Both the position numbers and the translations under genes were made by a program. This document shows, one piece after another, positions 18,473-27,103 of a stretch of 64,000 nucleotides of DNA. The DNA lies in sequence record MT028491.1, one strand, 5' to 3'. The first letter of the stretch is position 1, and every line of letters starts with the position of its first letter. The notes beneath the pieces are model-generated. The model did no database searches. It worked only from the letters and a program-made list of their open reading frames with translations, and was not told where the DNA came from.

Positions 18473-20000
18473 TCCACCAATCTTTTTTACTTACTTTGGT
18501 CATAGTATATTTCTGACCTTCGCTATTATAAATTTTCAAACGACTCAAGAAATGTTGCATACAATAGTTTTTAGTCTTATATGACTTACCATTTCGAATG
18601 CAATCTACAATGTCATAAAGTTTTCCGTGAGTCTTATCTTCACTTGTTCTAAGCAAACGCCCAATTGACTGCCAAACTTTAACTTTTGACTTATATGGGC
18701 TTGCAAAAATCATGTTGTTAAATGCCGCAACATTGATCCCGGTTGATGTTGTTCCATAAGAGGCAATTAGAATTGCGTCTTTTGCCTTACCAGATTTGAA
18801 AAAAGCTAATATCTTTTCTCTCTCATCAACCTTGATACCGCCATGGATAATGAACACCTTACGGTTTGTTGCCATCTTAATCAGGTTATAAAGCCCGACA
18901 CCATGACTATCTACGTGCTGGAATAGAACCAGAATGTTTCCATCTAAGGAAAGCGTCAAATCGCGTATATACTCATTTCTGTAAGGATGTGACTTAATGT
19001 ACTCGATTTCTCTCTGATAGTCCTTTGGAACCGTTGTATAAGAAAGATTCTCATAATCTAAAATTTTAAACTCAATATCGAGTTGAGCACTAATTCCGCG
19101 ATCTTGCAATTCCTTGGTAGAAACTGTGTTATAAACGTTTCCAAAATGTCCAACGATGGTTAGCTTATTGACCTCTACATCATCAAACGTTCCAGTTAGA
19201 CCAAAACGATGTGGACAACGCTTGAGCTTTTCCATGATCTTCTGAATCGACTTGGCTTTAGCCCCATGCACTTCATCAACTATCACTTGCTTGATATTGA
19301 TGTACCACTCTTCCGGCAAATCCTTTAGAGACTGCCATGTTGAAATGATAACCTGTCTCTGGAATTCCTTCTCCAAACCACCCATGATGATCTGGCAATT
19401 GTCGTAAGCATTCCAGCTATCATCAAACTTGGAATAGTCTGCAAAATCCCTTAGCATCTGGTTCACAAGATTGACGGTTGGAACGATAATCAGAGACGGA
19501 ACATTGAACCATCTGATTAGCAGATAAATGATCAAACTCTTTCCTGAATTAACAGGTGATAGAAATGAACATCTTCCATAGGCAATAGCGTTCAAAAACG
19601 CCTTTAGCTGGTAATCTCTAGGTAGTCTATCAGCTTCCTTAAGTTTTAAGTCAGAAAAGAATTGTTTGACTTCTTTCAAATCAATATCTTTTTTAACAAA
19701 ATTGGTCTGATTATCGATGGTGTACTTAACACCTTCTGCCCATTTAACAAGGGTTATAACCAGTCCTTTATATAAAGTTCTTTTCTTTACATTGAAGAGC
19801 CGAATCATTCCATCCCAATATTTGAGATTTGGATTAGCTCTTTTCATTACTTCATAGCCATCTACTTTGAATGAGAATTCATCAGAGATTTCTCTTAGTA
19901 TAGCTTCATTGTCGGTAATTACTTCACAAAATACATCATCTATTTCTTTAACGATAATATCAGTCTTATTCTCCACCGTTAGTCCATTTTTTCCATTCAA
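18465..20000 (-). CDS. uvsW: SF2 DNA/RNA helicase UvsW
   Basis: PRDYQ, SPVNSGKS, IVDEVH, GLTGT, ASYGTTSTGIN, QSIGRLLR. Confidence 0.95.
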   Translation of the reverse strand: MNGKNGLTVENKTDIIVKEIDDVFCEVITDNEAILREISDEFSFKVDGYEVMKRANPNLKYWDGMIRLFNVKKRTLYKGLVITLVKWAEGVKYTIDNQTNFVKKDIDLKEVKQFFSDLKLKEADRLPRDYQLKAFLNAIAYGRCSFLSPVNSGKSLIIYLLIRWFNVPSLIIVPTVNLVNQMLRDFADYSKFDDSWNAYDNCQIIMGGLEKEFQRQVIISTWQSLKDLPEEWYINIKQVIVDEVHGAKAKSIQKIMEKLKRCPHRFGLTGTFDDVEVNKLTIVGHFGNVYNTVSTKELQDRGISAQLDIEFKILDYENLSYTTVPKDYQREIEYIKSHPYRNEYIRDLTLSLDGNILVLFQHVDSHGVGLYNLIKMATNRKVFIIHGGIKVDEREKILAFFKSGKAKDAILIASYGTTSTGINVAAFNNMIFASPYKSKVKVWQSIGRLLRTSEDKTHGKLYDIVDCIRNGKSYKTKNYCMQHFLSRLKIYNSEGQKYTMTKVSKKDWWNE

Positions 20001-20397
20001 TATAATTCTTAATGTTGTATGATCGCATATTAATCTGTGAAATTACTTCCTTTAGAAACAATAGCTTTTCTTCCTGATTCCCAATCTGTTTAGACAGGTC
20101 CATATATTCCTTGTCTGCTAGTAGGGCTTTTTCCGCTCTTGCCTGTGTTGTGATTTTCAACTGAAAAGGCGGTCTTCCTATATCTTTGCCATCAATTGCA
20201 CCTTGAAAGTATTGCAATAGTTGTTCGGCTAACACATCGCGTTCGGAAGAAAGTTTTTTCAACGCGAGTTTTTCCAATGTCATTATTTTTAAGTATTTCG
20301 AATGGAGCTTAGGGACTCGAAGTGTCTCAACAGCAATATTAGCTTCGTTGATTTCTGAGTCGTTATCCCAAGCATCCATGATTTCGGATAGCTTCAT
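19966..20397 (-). CDS. uvsY: Recombination mediator UvsY
   Basis: WDNDSEI...VPKLHSKY...IKNYIEWKKW; adjacent to uvsW. Confidence 0.9.
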   Translation of the reverse strand: MKLSEIMDAWDNDSEINEANIAVETLRVPKLHSKYLKIMTLEKLALKKLSSERDVLAEQLLQYFQGAIDGKDIGRPPFQLKITTQARAEKALLADKEYMDLSKQIGNQEEKLLFLKEVISQINMRSYNIKNYIEWKKWTNGGE

Positions 20398-20446
20398 CTA
20401 ACCAACTTCCACAATCTATTATAAAATGTCTTGATTATATGCTTGC

Positions 20447-20475
20447 ATTCTATCATAATATTATGATAATGTCAA
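20447..20475 (-). promoter_or_regulatory. Sigma70-type promoter for uvsY-uvsW-55
   Basis: TTGACA-17 nt-TAGAAT on the minus strand, about 50 nt upstream of uvsY. Confidence 0.8.
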
Positions 20476-20487
20476 CTCTTTACATAA

Positions 20488-20516
20488 CAAAAAAGGCGGG
20501 TTTTTAGCCCACCTTA
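20488..20516 (-). terminator. Terminator insulating the uvsY promoter
   Basis: Minus strand AAGGTGGG-CTAAAAA-CCCGCCTT-TTTT. Confidence 0.6.
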
Positions 20517-20589
20517 AAAAGTTGTCAAGAGAAATGTTATGAAAAAGATTAATGTTATCAATGAGTTATGACATGCGACAATTTGTCAA

Positions 20590-20618
20590 TTGACATGGTA
20601 TATAAACTTCCATATAAT
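20590..20618 (+). promoter_or_regulatory. Consensus sigma70 promoter pointing into non-coding DNA
   Basis: TTGACA(20590-95)-17 nt-TATAAT(20613-18); no plus-strand ORF follows. Confidence 0.8.
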
Positions 20619-20622
20619 CGCG

Positions 20623-20825
20623 GTAGCGAAGCTACTCAATAAAACCCTTTAGAGTCTGGTTTAAAGATTGTACTAAAATTCCCTTAAAAATTCAAGAAAA
20701 GAATGTAGCGTAGCTACACACCCGTAAGGGTGTTAATTAACACCTTCGGTGTACAAGCTTCGCTTGCTTTATTATATATAAATTATTTTTAAAATAAAGT
20801 CGTGTTAACGACACACCGAAGGTGT
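20623..20825. repeat. Cluster of six short palindromic mini-hairpins plus an AT-rich tract
   Basis: GTAGC-GAA-GCTAC, GTAGC-GTA-GCTAC, ACACCC-GTAA-GGGTGT, ACACC-TTC-GGTGT, CAAGC-TTC-GCTTG, ACACC-GAA-GGTGT; near-pure A/T run 20767-20798. Confidence 0.9.
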
Positions 20826-20839
20826 TCAATAGAATCCCA

Positions 20840-21430
20840 CTAAAATGTTTTATATCTGGTTAAAGACAATTCAATATCTTGAACATCATTCCATTTTTCA
20901 TATGTGCTGGCGATCCTAACCGCTTTGATCCATGATTCAAAGAAATGACGTATAAGGATGTGTTCTCTTGAGCATGAACCTAACACGTATTGATAGGATG
21001 TTTCTCTCAAAAACGCGAACAATGTTAACAGAATGTTTTCATTTTCATCGTTTGGAATCATAAATGTCCAGCGATCAGAATTTACACCTTTCACCGCGAT
21101 TTTTGAATAATAATGACCTATTTCTAATGACAGTGGATAACCACTACCTATAAAATATTCATCATTTATTTTTGATGAAAATTTAATCGATCCATTTTCG
21201 CTTTTAGCTGGAATTAGGTCTGTTCCCATAATATGTGATCCAGTAACCAATTTCAGTATAGGGATTTGCTTAATATCGTAATCGGTTAAATTCAAACTAT
21301 AATCAACAGCCAGATATTCTTTATAATCATGTATGTCCACTGTTCTATAGGTAGATAATTTCAACTCATCAGCCGTCATAGATTGGTAGATATCTATAAT
21401 TTGATTATATGGGTGTTTCTTCATCTTCAA
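20840..21430 (-). CDS. Hypothetical protein (array member 5)
   Basis: 196-aa ORF in an AT-rich co-oriented array; no motif recognised. Confidence 0.75.
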   Translation of the reverse strand: MKMKKHPYNQIIDIYQSMTADELKLSTYRTVDIHDYKEYLAVDYSLNLTDYDIKQIPILKLVTGSHIMGTDLIPAKSENGSIKFSSKINDEYFIGSGYPLSLEIGHYYSKIAVKGVNSDRWTFMIPNDENENILLTLFAFLRETSYQYVLGSCSREHILIRHFFESWIKAVRIASTYEKWNDVQDIELSLTRYKTF

Positions 21431-21433
21431 TTC

Positions 21434-22039
21434 CTATACAAAATAATTCCACTCTGGATCATTATATGTTAGCCTATGACTGGCAATTAATGCCTTGGTA
21501 AATTTCACCAATATATCATACGCGATTGTACTAATTCCGTAATGATATGAATTTTCCAAACTCATATCAAATTCATTATTGATTTTGTATTTGGAAATAT
21601 TAACATATTTTCCTTCTACTATGTAGAATATGAAATTGAATTTACCATTATCATTAATCTGGTGTACATCAATTCGACAACTCAAATGGTCAACTTTATC
21701 TAAATGAAATCCGACAATGATTCCATTAGATGGACGCCCTTTTGACAGACAACCATAATCATAATCTTTTTTCTGAAAACTTACTCTGTATGGTGTTTCT
21801 GGTTTTGGGTTCATGCCCCATAAATTAACACAAAACATATTTGGATTGACTTTTATATAATCCAAATCTGACACATTGAAAGGGTATTCCATTTTCAATG
21901 TGACAAATGGAAATACACCACGTTCTCTTTCTCTCTGGTCAGTTTCGATGAATTTCGAAGGCGCACAACTAAGAAAATTATTCATGACTGTATAATAAAC
22001 AGGTTTCATAGTCTTCATAATTGACCTCTTATTTTCCAA
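21434..22039 (-). CDS. Hypothetical protein (array member 4)
   Basis: 201-aa ORF; C-terminal helix ILVKFTKALIASHRL. Confidence 0.75.
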   Translation of the reverse strand: MENKRSIMKTMKPVYYTVMNNFLSCAPSKFIETDQRERERGVFPFVTLKMEYPFNVSDLDYIKVNPNMFCVNLWGMNPKPETPYRVSFQKKDYDYGCLSKGRPSNGIIVGFHLDKVDHLSCRIDVHQINDNGKFNFIFYIVEGKYVNISKYKINNEFDMSLENSYHYGISTIAYDILVKFTKALIASHRLTYNDPEWNYFV

Positions 22040-22572
22040 ATCAAAAATCTCTTATGGATTTCGATTATATCATCCATAAGATGTGAAATCTGTTTATATG
22101 TTAAAGTGTTGGGATGTTCAAGGTCTATTGTTTCTAATAATCTGTATTCTATTTTTACATCTTTTACGTCATTTATGATTCTACCTTGATACGTTTTAAC
22201 TCCATCCTTATCCACATTTCTTAGAATGACAATATGTTTGATTTCAGAATGATTGACCATTGGGCCATCTAAGACCAATGCCACTCTACCGTCCTGTGCG
22301 ACCGTAATTGAAACAACACTCCAATGGTCATCATGGTAAATTGGAGTGTTCATTTCAACACCATAACCAAGATCATCACCAAGGCACCTATTTTTGTGAA
22401 TGCCGGTTTGGATAGGATCAATGAAGCTAAGCGGAACAACTATTTGATGCGAGAACCTTTCAATATCATAATGAATAAATTTGTCATCTATAATGGATAC
22501 GTTGCCTGCAACGATATCGTTCAAGCCACCACCTACGACAAATTTCATTATGTCCTTACTTATCTCACTCAT
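22015..22572 (-). CDS. Hypothetical protein (array member 3)
   Basis: 185-aa ORF; ATGA overlap with member 2. Confidence 0.75.
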   Translation of the reverse strand: MSEISKDIMKFVVGGGLNDIVAGNVSIIDDKFIHYDIERFSHQIVVPLSFIDPIQTGIHKNRCLGDDLGYGVEMNTPIYHDDHWSVVSITVAQDGRVALVLDGPMVNHSEIKHIVILRNVDKDGVKTYQGRIINDVKDVKIEYRLLETIDLEHPNTLTYKQISHLMDDIIEIHKRFLIWKIRGQL

Positions 22573-23075
22573 TTACCACCCATTTGAAGTCTATGGCGTT
22601 GAACCATAGTTTCTACAAACCAAACAAGATTGTCGCATAAATCCGATCCAGTAAAACCAAAACGCTTTATAATTTCGCCATCCGATCTTTGATAATCAAA
22701 AGTTGCTGTTTTATTGGCAATCAATACGTCGATCTGAGATTCACCATTGGGATTAACAAATTCCAACTTCATTGTGTTGTCATTTCGAATTTGAATATAC
22801 ATTAAATTCATAGCTTTGTTTTGATCCGCAAGGATACATTCGGCATCAATAATAAGACTGTTTAATTCCAAAAAATAACTAACTTCTGTCCTTACAGATA
22901 ATTTAGTTATATTGAAATTTGCAAGATCGAAAGGTCTTACTGTAATTAATAGTTTTTCATCAAATCCTAATGATGTTAATGAAAGGATAGCCATATTAAT
23001 ATCAGTAGATTCAAAACGACTACTGAAAATTAATTCATCTTCTGCCAGTTTTCTTGCTTTATTGAAACCGCTCAT
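22569..23075 (-). CDS. Hypothetical protein (array member 2)
   Basis: 168-aa ORF; C-terminal helix LVWFVETMVQRHRL. Confidence 0.75.
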   Translation of the reverse strand: MSGFNKARKLAEDELIFSSRFESTDINMAILSLTSLGFDEKLLITVRPFDLANFNITKLSVRTEVSYFLELNSLIIDAECILADQNKAMNLMYIQIRNDNTMKLEFVNPNGESQIDVLIANKTATFDYQRSDGEIIKRFGFTGSDLCDNLVWFVETMVQRHRLQMGGK

Positions 23076-23077
23076 TG

Positions 23078-23647
23078 CTATCCACCATAATAATTTGTAC
23101 TAATTGTGTGACATGTTTTTAAAACATTTAGAAGATCGACTATACAGTTAAATGGTTGATCTTCATCAATTGCTTTACTTTCTTCATCAATTGGACTATT
23201 GAAGATCATTTCATTTTTATGATGATTATAACAGATAATAACATCTGGTGAGTTGTTTACCATAAGATTGGTAAAATACAAAACTGATTGCCCTTTGTTA
23301 TAATGTTGTATTTTATGAAGAATGTATATCAATCCCATATCAACATTGTCGTTCCACGAACTATGATTTTGTTTTCTTGTCAATGATATTGATTTTTCTC
23401 CTGTCCATCTACCATGTATTTCGATATCAAATTCTCCAATATCGAAAGTGTGGATTGGAATCCCAATCAAAAATTTAGACACATCACCGGGATCGAAATT
23501 TATGATAGACGAAGTGGTAATATCATCCCCATCCCTATCAAGGTGACGAACAGTCGTTGTAGCTGAATTTCTCTCACACCATTCCCTGACATGAGATAAA
23601 ATTTCATTACTAGTATCTTCTAATGATATATTCGTCATAGATTCCAA
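23078..23647 (-). CDS. Hypothetical protein (array member 1)
   Basis: 189-aa ORF (TTG start; ATG 23638 is an alternative). Confidence 0.7.
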   Translation of the reverse strand: MESMTNISLEDTSNEILSHVREWCERNSATTTVRHLDRDGDDITTSSIINFDPGDVSKFLIGIPIHTFDIGEFDIEIHGRWTGEKSISLTRKQNHSSWNDNVDMGLIYILHKIQHYNKGQSVLYFTNLMVNNSPDVIICYNHHKNEMIFNSPIDEESKAIDEDQPFNCIVDLLNVLKTCHTISTNYYGG

Positions 23648-23745
23648 TCCAGTTTAGTTTTATAATAATTTCACTAACCACAATGTAGCACATAAGTCAA
23701 TTCAAAACGTGTTTTTACGTCTTTTTTTGATAAACGAAATAAAAT

Positions 23746-23811
23746 TACCCGTTAACGCAATTATAGAACCATTCTAATATGATTGGTAAAATATAATTGC
23801 GTTAACGGGTA
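23746..23811. repeat. Perfect 20-bp inverted repeat with 26-nt spacer
   Basis: TACCCGTTAACGCAATTATA (23746-65) and TATAATTGCGTTAACGGGTA (23792-811). Confidence 0.95.
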
Positions 23812-23934
23812 TATTTTTGTAATATTATTGCTGAATTTGAGGGTCTATTATAAAGACACTCTTTGCCTACCTTGGATGATCTGAATTATATTAAAATGCG
23901 TTTTATTTGACGTATTTTAAATAACCTATTGTTT

Positions 23935-24477
23935 TTATTGGAATTTTTCTATAGGCTTGAATTCCATGTTCTCAACAGCAAATGTAACAGTTGCTTCTAG
24001 AGTGATATCGTTTCCCACTTTGGTATCCAGATTGATTCCGGTTAGTGTAGTAGGAAAGACGTTGCGAAAAATAATTTCCATGCTAGGATTAGATTGATTG
24101 TCAAGCATGATGATTGAGACATCGCAACCGATAAGATGTTCGTTCATCTGGTATTTGGTAATTTGGTGCGATTTAACCAAATCCTCACGCTCTTTATAAT
24201 CATGAGGTTTACCGATACCATTTAGCCAAGTGACAAGTTCGATATAATTTTTATATTCCTTGTCAATCTTGAACGTAACGGTTAGATCACCATAATCCAA
24301 CTTATCACCACCAACATTGACATAGTGCTGTTTGTATGGCACTTTGATTGATGTAGCAGTAATAGTAGGAGTAATATATTGAACGCCCAAAAACTGTGTG
24401 TTAGGAAGGTCTGAAATGACGAATCGAAACTTGTTACCATGGGCAAAATTAAGTGTATTCTGGTGTGTAGTGGACAT
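23935..24477 (-). CDS. gp3: Tail tube terminator/completion protein
   Basis: gp19-family motifs NKFRFVI, GGDKLDYGDLTVTFKIDKEYKNYIELVTWL, FRNVFPTTL; position after gp23 as in marine T4-like phages. Confidence 0.85.
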   Translation of the reverse strand: MSTTHQNTLNFAHGNKFRFVISDLPNTQFLGVQYITPTITATSIKVPYKQHYVNVGGDKLDYGDLTVTFKIDKEYKNYIELVTWLNGIGKPHDYKEREDLVKSHQITKYQMNEHLIGCDVSIIMLDNQSNPSMEIIFRNVFPTTLTGINLDTKVGNDITLEATVTFAVENMEFKPIEKFQ

Positions 24478-24603
24478 ATAAGCACCTTAAAAAGAAAAGG
24501 TCGATACCGAATTAACGGCACGACCTTTGAAAAAATTTAGACGTTGCCAATTATATTTATTATTAAATATGACAACCGAATAGGTAACTGTATTCTAATG
24601 TAT

Positions 24604-25542
24604 TTATAAAATATTAGTTTTGTTTGATCTTGGATGACCTTTTTCAGCTATTTGTTTTTTAGTTCTTTCTGACATGGCCAATCTTTGTTCCTTTGTTAAA
24701 GGTTTTCTTTCGTGTCTACCATTTGTCTTAGATTTCTTTTCTTTAGACCATGAGGATTCGCCTAGAAGCCAACCATTTGAAAGGTATTCTTCAAGTTTTT
24801 CTTTTGGAACTGATGTCATTTCCCCTGTCACTGGATGATGAATTTTTTTACGTCCTTTAGCAGCACTTGGTTTTCCCTTTGACTTGGAGACTCTATCTGG
24901 ATTACCAAATCCTAGTTTGGAACGTTCTTCATCTGTCAGTGTTGCCATATAGGCTTTCCGGGCTTCTGATTTCTTTTTATTCACTTCTTCTGGATAGCCG
25001 AGAACCCAACCCAAGGAAGCCATTAGTGATATTTCTGAAACAGGGAATTGCTTTTGCTCGCCAGTTGACGGAAGATGCATAATTTTTCTTCCTTTTCGAT
25101 ATTCTGGATACCCAAATTCCCAACCTTTATTCACAAATTCATTAACGTCCTCTTGATTGACGTATCTGTGTTTCTCTGTCTTTGGATTGCTCATCACCAC
25201 CTTGCCAGCGTTTTGACCGGGTGTTTTAAGATAATAAGGTCCAAAGGATTTGTTCAACCATTTTGGGTTATGAATAACGTTTAAACGTCTCAAGACGTTG
25301 GTTTCAAATTGAACACATCTTTTAGGATCGCCGGGAAACGTCCTTCTAATGGTAGCTGTAAATACATCTTTACCAAATTGTTCGATCAAAGAAAGAATCT
25401 CTTTGGAAGATGTGAAATAAGTTGTCCAAAGATCATTGGGATGACAATCTTTCCCGTATTTGGAACCATAATAATAAAATTTTTCTAATGTATCTGGATG
25501 TGTGAATGTTACTAGATATGTAAATGGAATGTGTTGTGTCAT
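24604..25542 (-). mobile_element. Free-standing Seg-like (GIY-YIG) homing endonuclease
   Basis: FTYLV..YYYGSK..YFTSS N-terminus, three GxKxxxxPxTxE...GWxxG repeats, NUMOD3-like LTKEQRLAMSE; own late promoter CATAAATA at 25561-68. Confidence 0.8.
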
Positions 25543-25608
25543 TGTAAATCCTCTTGTACTTATTTATGATTATGCATAGAAAATACGGAAATACAATATG
25601 TTTAGAAC

Positions 25609-25639
25609 AAAAAAAAGAGAGCCGAAGCCCTCTTTTTTT
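25609..25639 (-). terminator. gp23 terminator (cUUCGg, potentially bidirectional)
   Basis: Minus strand GAGGGC-TTCG-GCTCTC flanked by A and T runs. Confidence 0.85.
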
Positions 25640-25689
25640 CTTTTGGATAATTATTCGGTTTTGACCTAGAATAATAGAATTTATTTCTA

Positions 25690-27033
25690 TTAGAGAAGGT
25701 TTTTGGCCGAAAATATGCGAAAATATTTGTTTTTCTTTGTTGCGTCAACCTTACCATCGGCAGCGTCGGTAGCAAATGGATGCGCGACAAGACCATAACG
25801 GGTCTTAAAGCCAATGCGAGGTACGAAGTCTTCGGAACCGGTTGCACGGTACATTTCAAGAGGAATGTAAGGTGCATAGAATAGACCAGCATCGAATGAA
25901 TTCTTACCCTTGTAACCAACGGTAACGAAGTTGTTGCCGTTTGTTGAGTTGAAGTAAGGATCGATGAAGACCTTATAACGACCGAAGAGGATACCAGCAA
26001 ACGTGTTGCCTGTGTCGTCAACTTCAAGACGTTCTTGAGCTAGACCAGATGTATAGTCAAGCTGACCAGCCATAGCTAGAGCGGATGCAACATCAGAAGA
26101 AGTGATGATCCAGTTACCCTTGCCCATACGAGTTGCCTTAGCAATCTTGTTGGCTTCAAGTTCGATCTGGAACATAAGTCCCTTCCACTTTTCAACCATC
26201 CAACGACCATCAGCGTCGGTATCTAGGTCGAATACACCACCGGCCTTGCCACCGATTGTAGCGGTAGAATAGATAGAACGGATGATTTGACGGTTGATTT
26301 CAGCAAGCATTTCAGCCGAAAGGATGTTTGCTAGTTCTGTTTCAGCGTCAAGACCATGAACATTCTTCAAGTCCTGTGCAAGTTCGTGTGAGTATTCAGC
26401 CTTGATTGCACGGCCTTCGGCAGTTACGCTTACTTTTTCAATGCTCATTGCCATTTCGTTGAATAGCGTATTAGCATCGCGACCTAGGCTTTCAAGCTGT
26501 GCAGTTGTCATGCCGTTAGCAACGGTATAAGCAGCCGCATTGCCTTCTGCGATTAGAGAAGGATCGGAACCAACTTGACCCTTACCGAAGGTGTTACCCT
26601 TTGCGGAAGCGGTGAAAGCTGTATTCGCTTCATTGAAGAGAGCTTCAATGCCAGTCTGTGATTCGTAGCGTGAACGCAATGCGAAGATAAGACCGGTAGG
26701 CATTGTCATTGGCTGTACGCCGCAAACATCATATGCCAAGAGATTAGGCATCGAACGACGAACCATAGAAATCATCACAGGATCGTAAATGTCGATTGCG
26801 CCGTCACCAGCAGTTGAAGACGAAGCACCCATAGCGTTGGTTGGTGCGCCTTCTAGAAGAGCGGTAAGGGACTGTGCACCATAACGCTGTACTAGCTGGT
26901 TGGAGTGGTTGTTCTGGTTTTCAAGTAGAACGGCTGTAGTTTCGCGACGAGTGCGATCCTTAATAGGAGAAGCGCCCTTAGCGTCAAGAATATCGCCCCA
27001 CTTTTCAACTAGAGCTTCAAGACTTTTTTCCAT
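25690..27033 (-). CDS. gp23: Major capsid protein
   Basis: LLENQ, DPVMISMVRRSMPNLLAYDVCGVQPMTMPTGLIFALR, FYAPYIPL, PRIGFKTRYG. Confidence 0.98.
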   Translation of the reverse strand: MEKSLEALVEKWGDILDAKGASPIKDRTRRETTAVLLENQNNHSNQLVQRYGAQSLTALLEGAPTNAMGASSSTAGDGAIDIYDPVMISMVRRSMPNLLAYDVCGVQPMTMPTGLIFALRSRYESQTGIEALFNEANTAFTASAKGNTFGKGQVGSDPSLIAEGNAAAYTVANGMTTAQLESLGRDANTLFNEMAMSIEKVSVTAEGRAIKAEYSHELAQDLKNVHGLDAETELANILSAEMLAEINRQIIRSIYSTATIGGKAGGVFDLDTDADGRWMVEKWKGLMFQIELEANKIAKATRMGKGNWIITSSDVASALAMAGQLDYTSGLAQERLEVDDTGNTFAGILFGRYKVFIDPYFNSTNGNNFVTVGYKGKNSFDAGLFYAPYIPLEMYRATGSEDFVPRIGFKTRYGLVAHPFATDAADGKVDATKKNKYFRIFSAKNLL

Positions 27034-27079
27034 TTTATTATTTTTCCTCTATATGAAAAAATTCAATAGTTTCTAATAC

Positions 27080-27087
27080 TATTTATA
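27080..27087 (-). promoter_or_regulatory. gp55-dependent late promoter for gp23
   Basis: TATAAATA on the minus strand. Confidence 0.8.
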
Positions 27088-27103
27088 ATTTTGACGTTTC
27101 AAA

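Noticed and set aside
2-20397. Inteins or introns in gp41, gp43, gp46 or uvsW
   Set aside because: Lengths match uninterrupted homologues; no intein termini or LAGLIDADG-type insertions seen.
24604-25542. Endonuclease as part of a group I intron
   Set aside because: gp23 and gp3 are both intact, and the gene has its own promoter downstream of a terminator, so it is free-standing.
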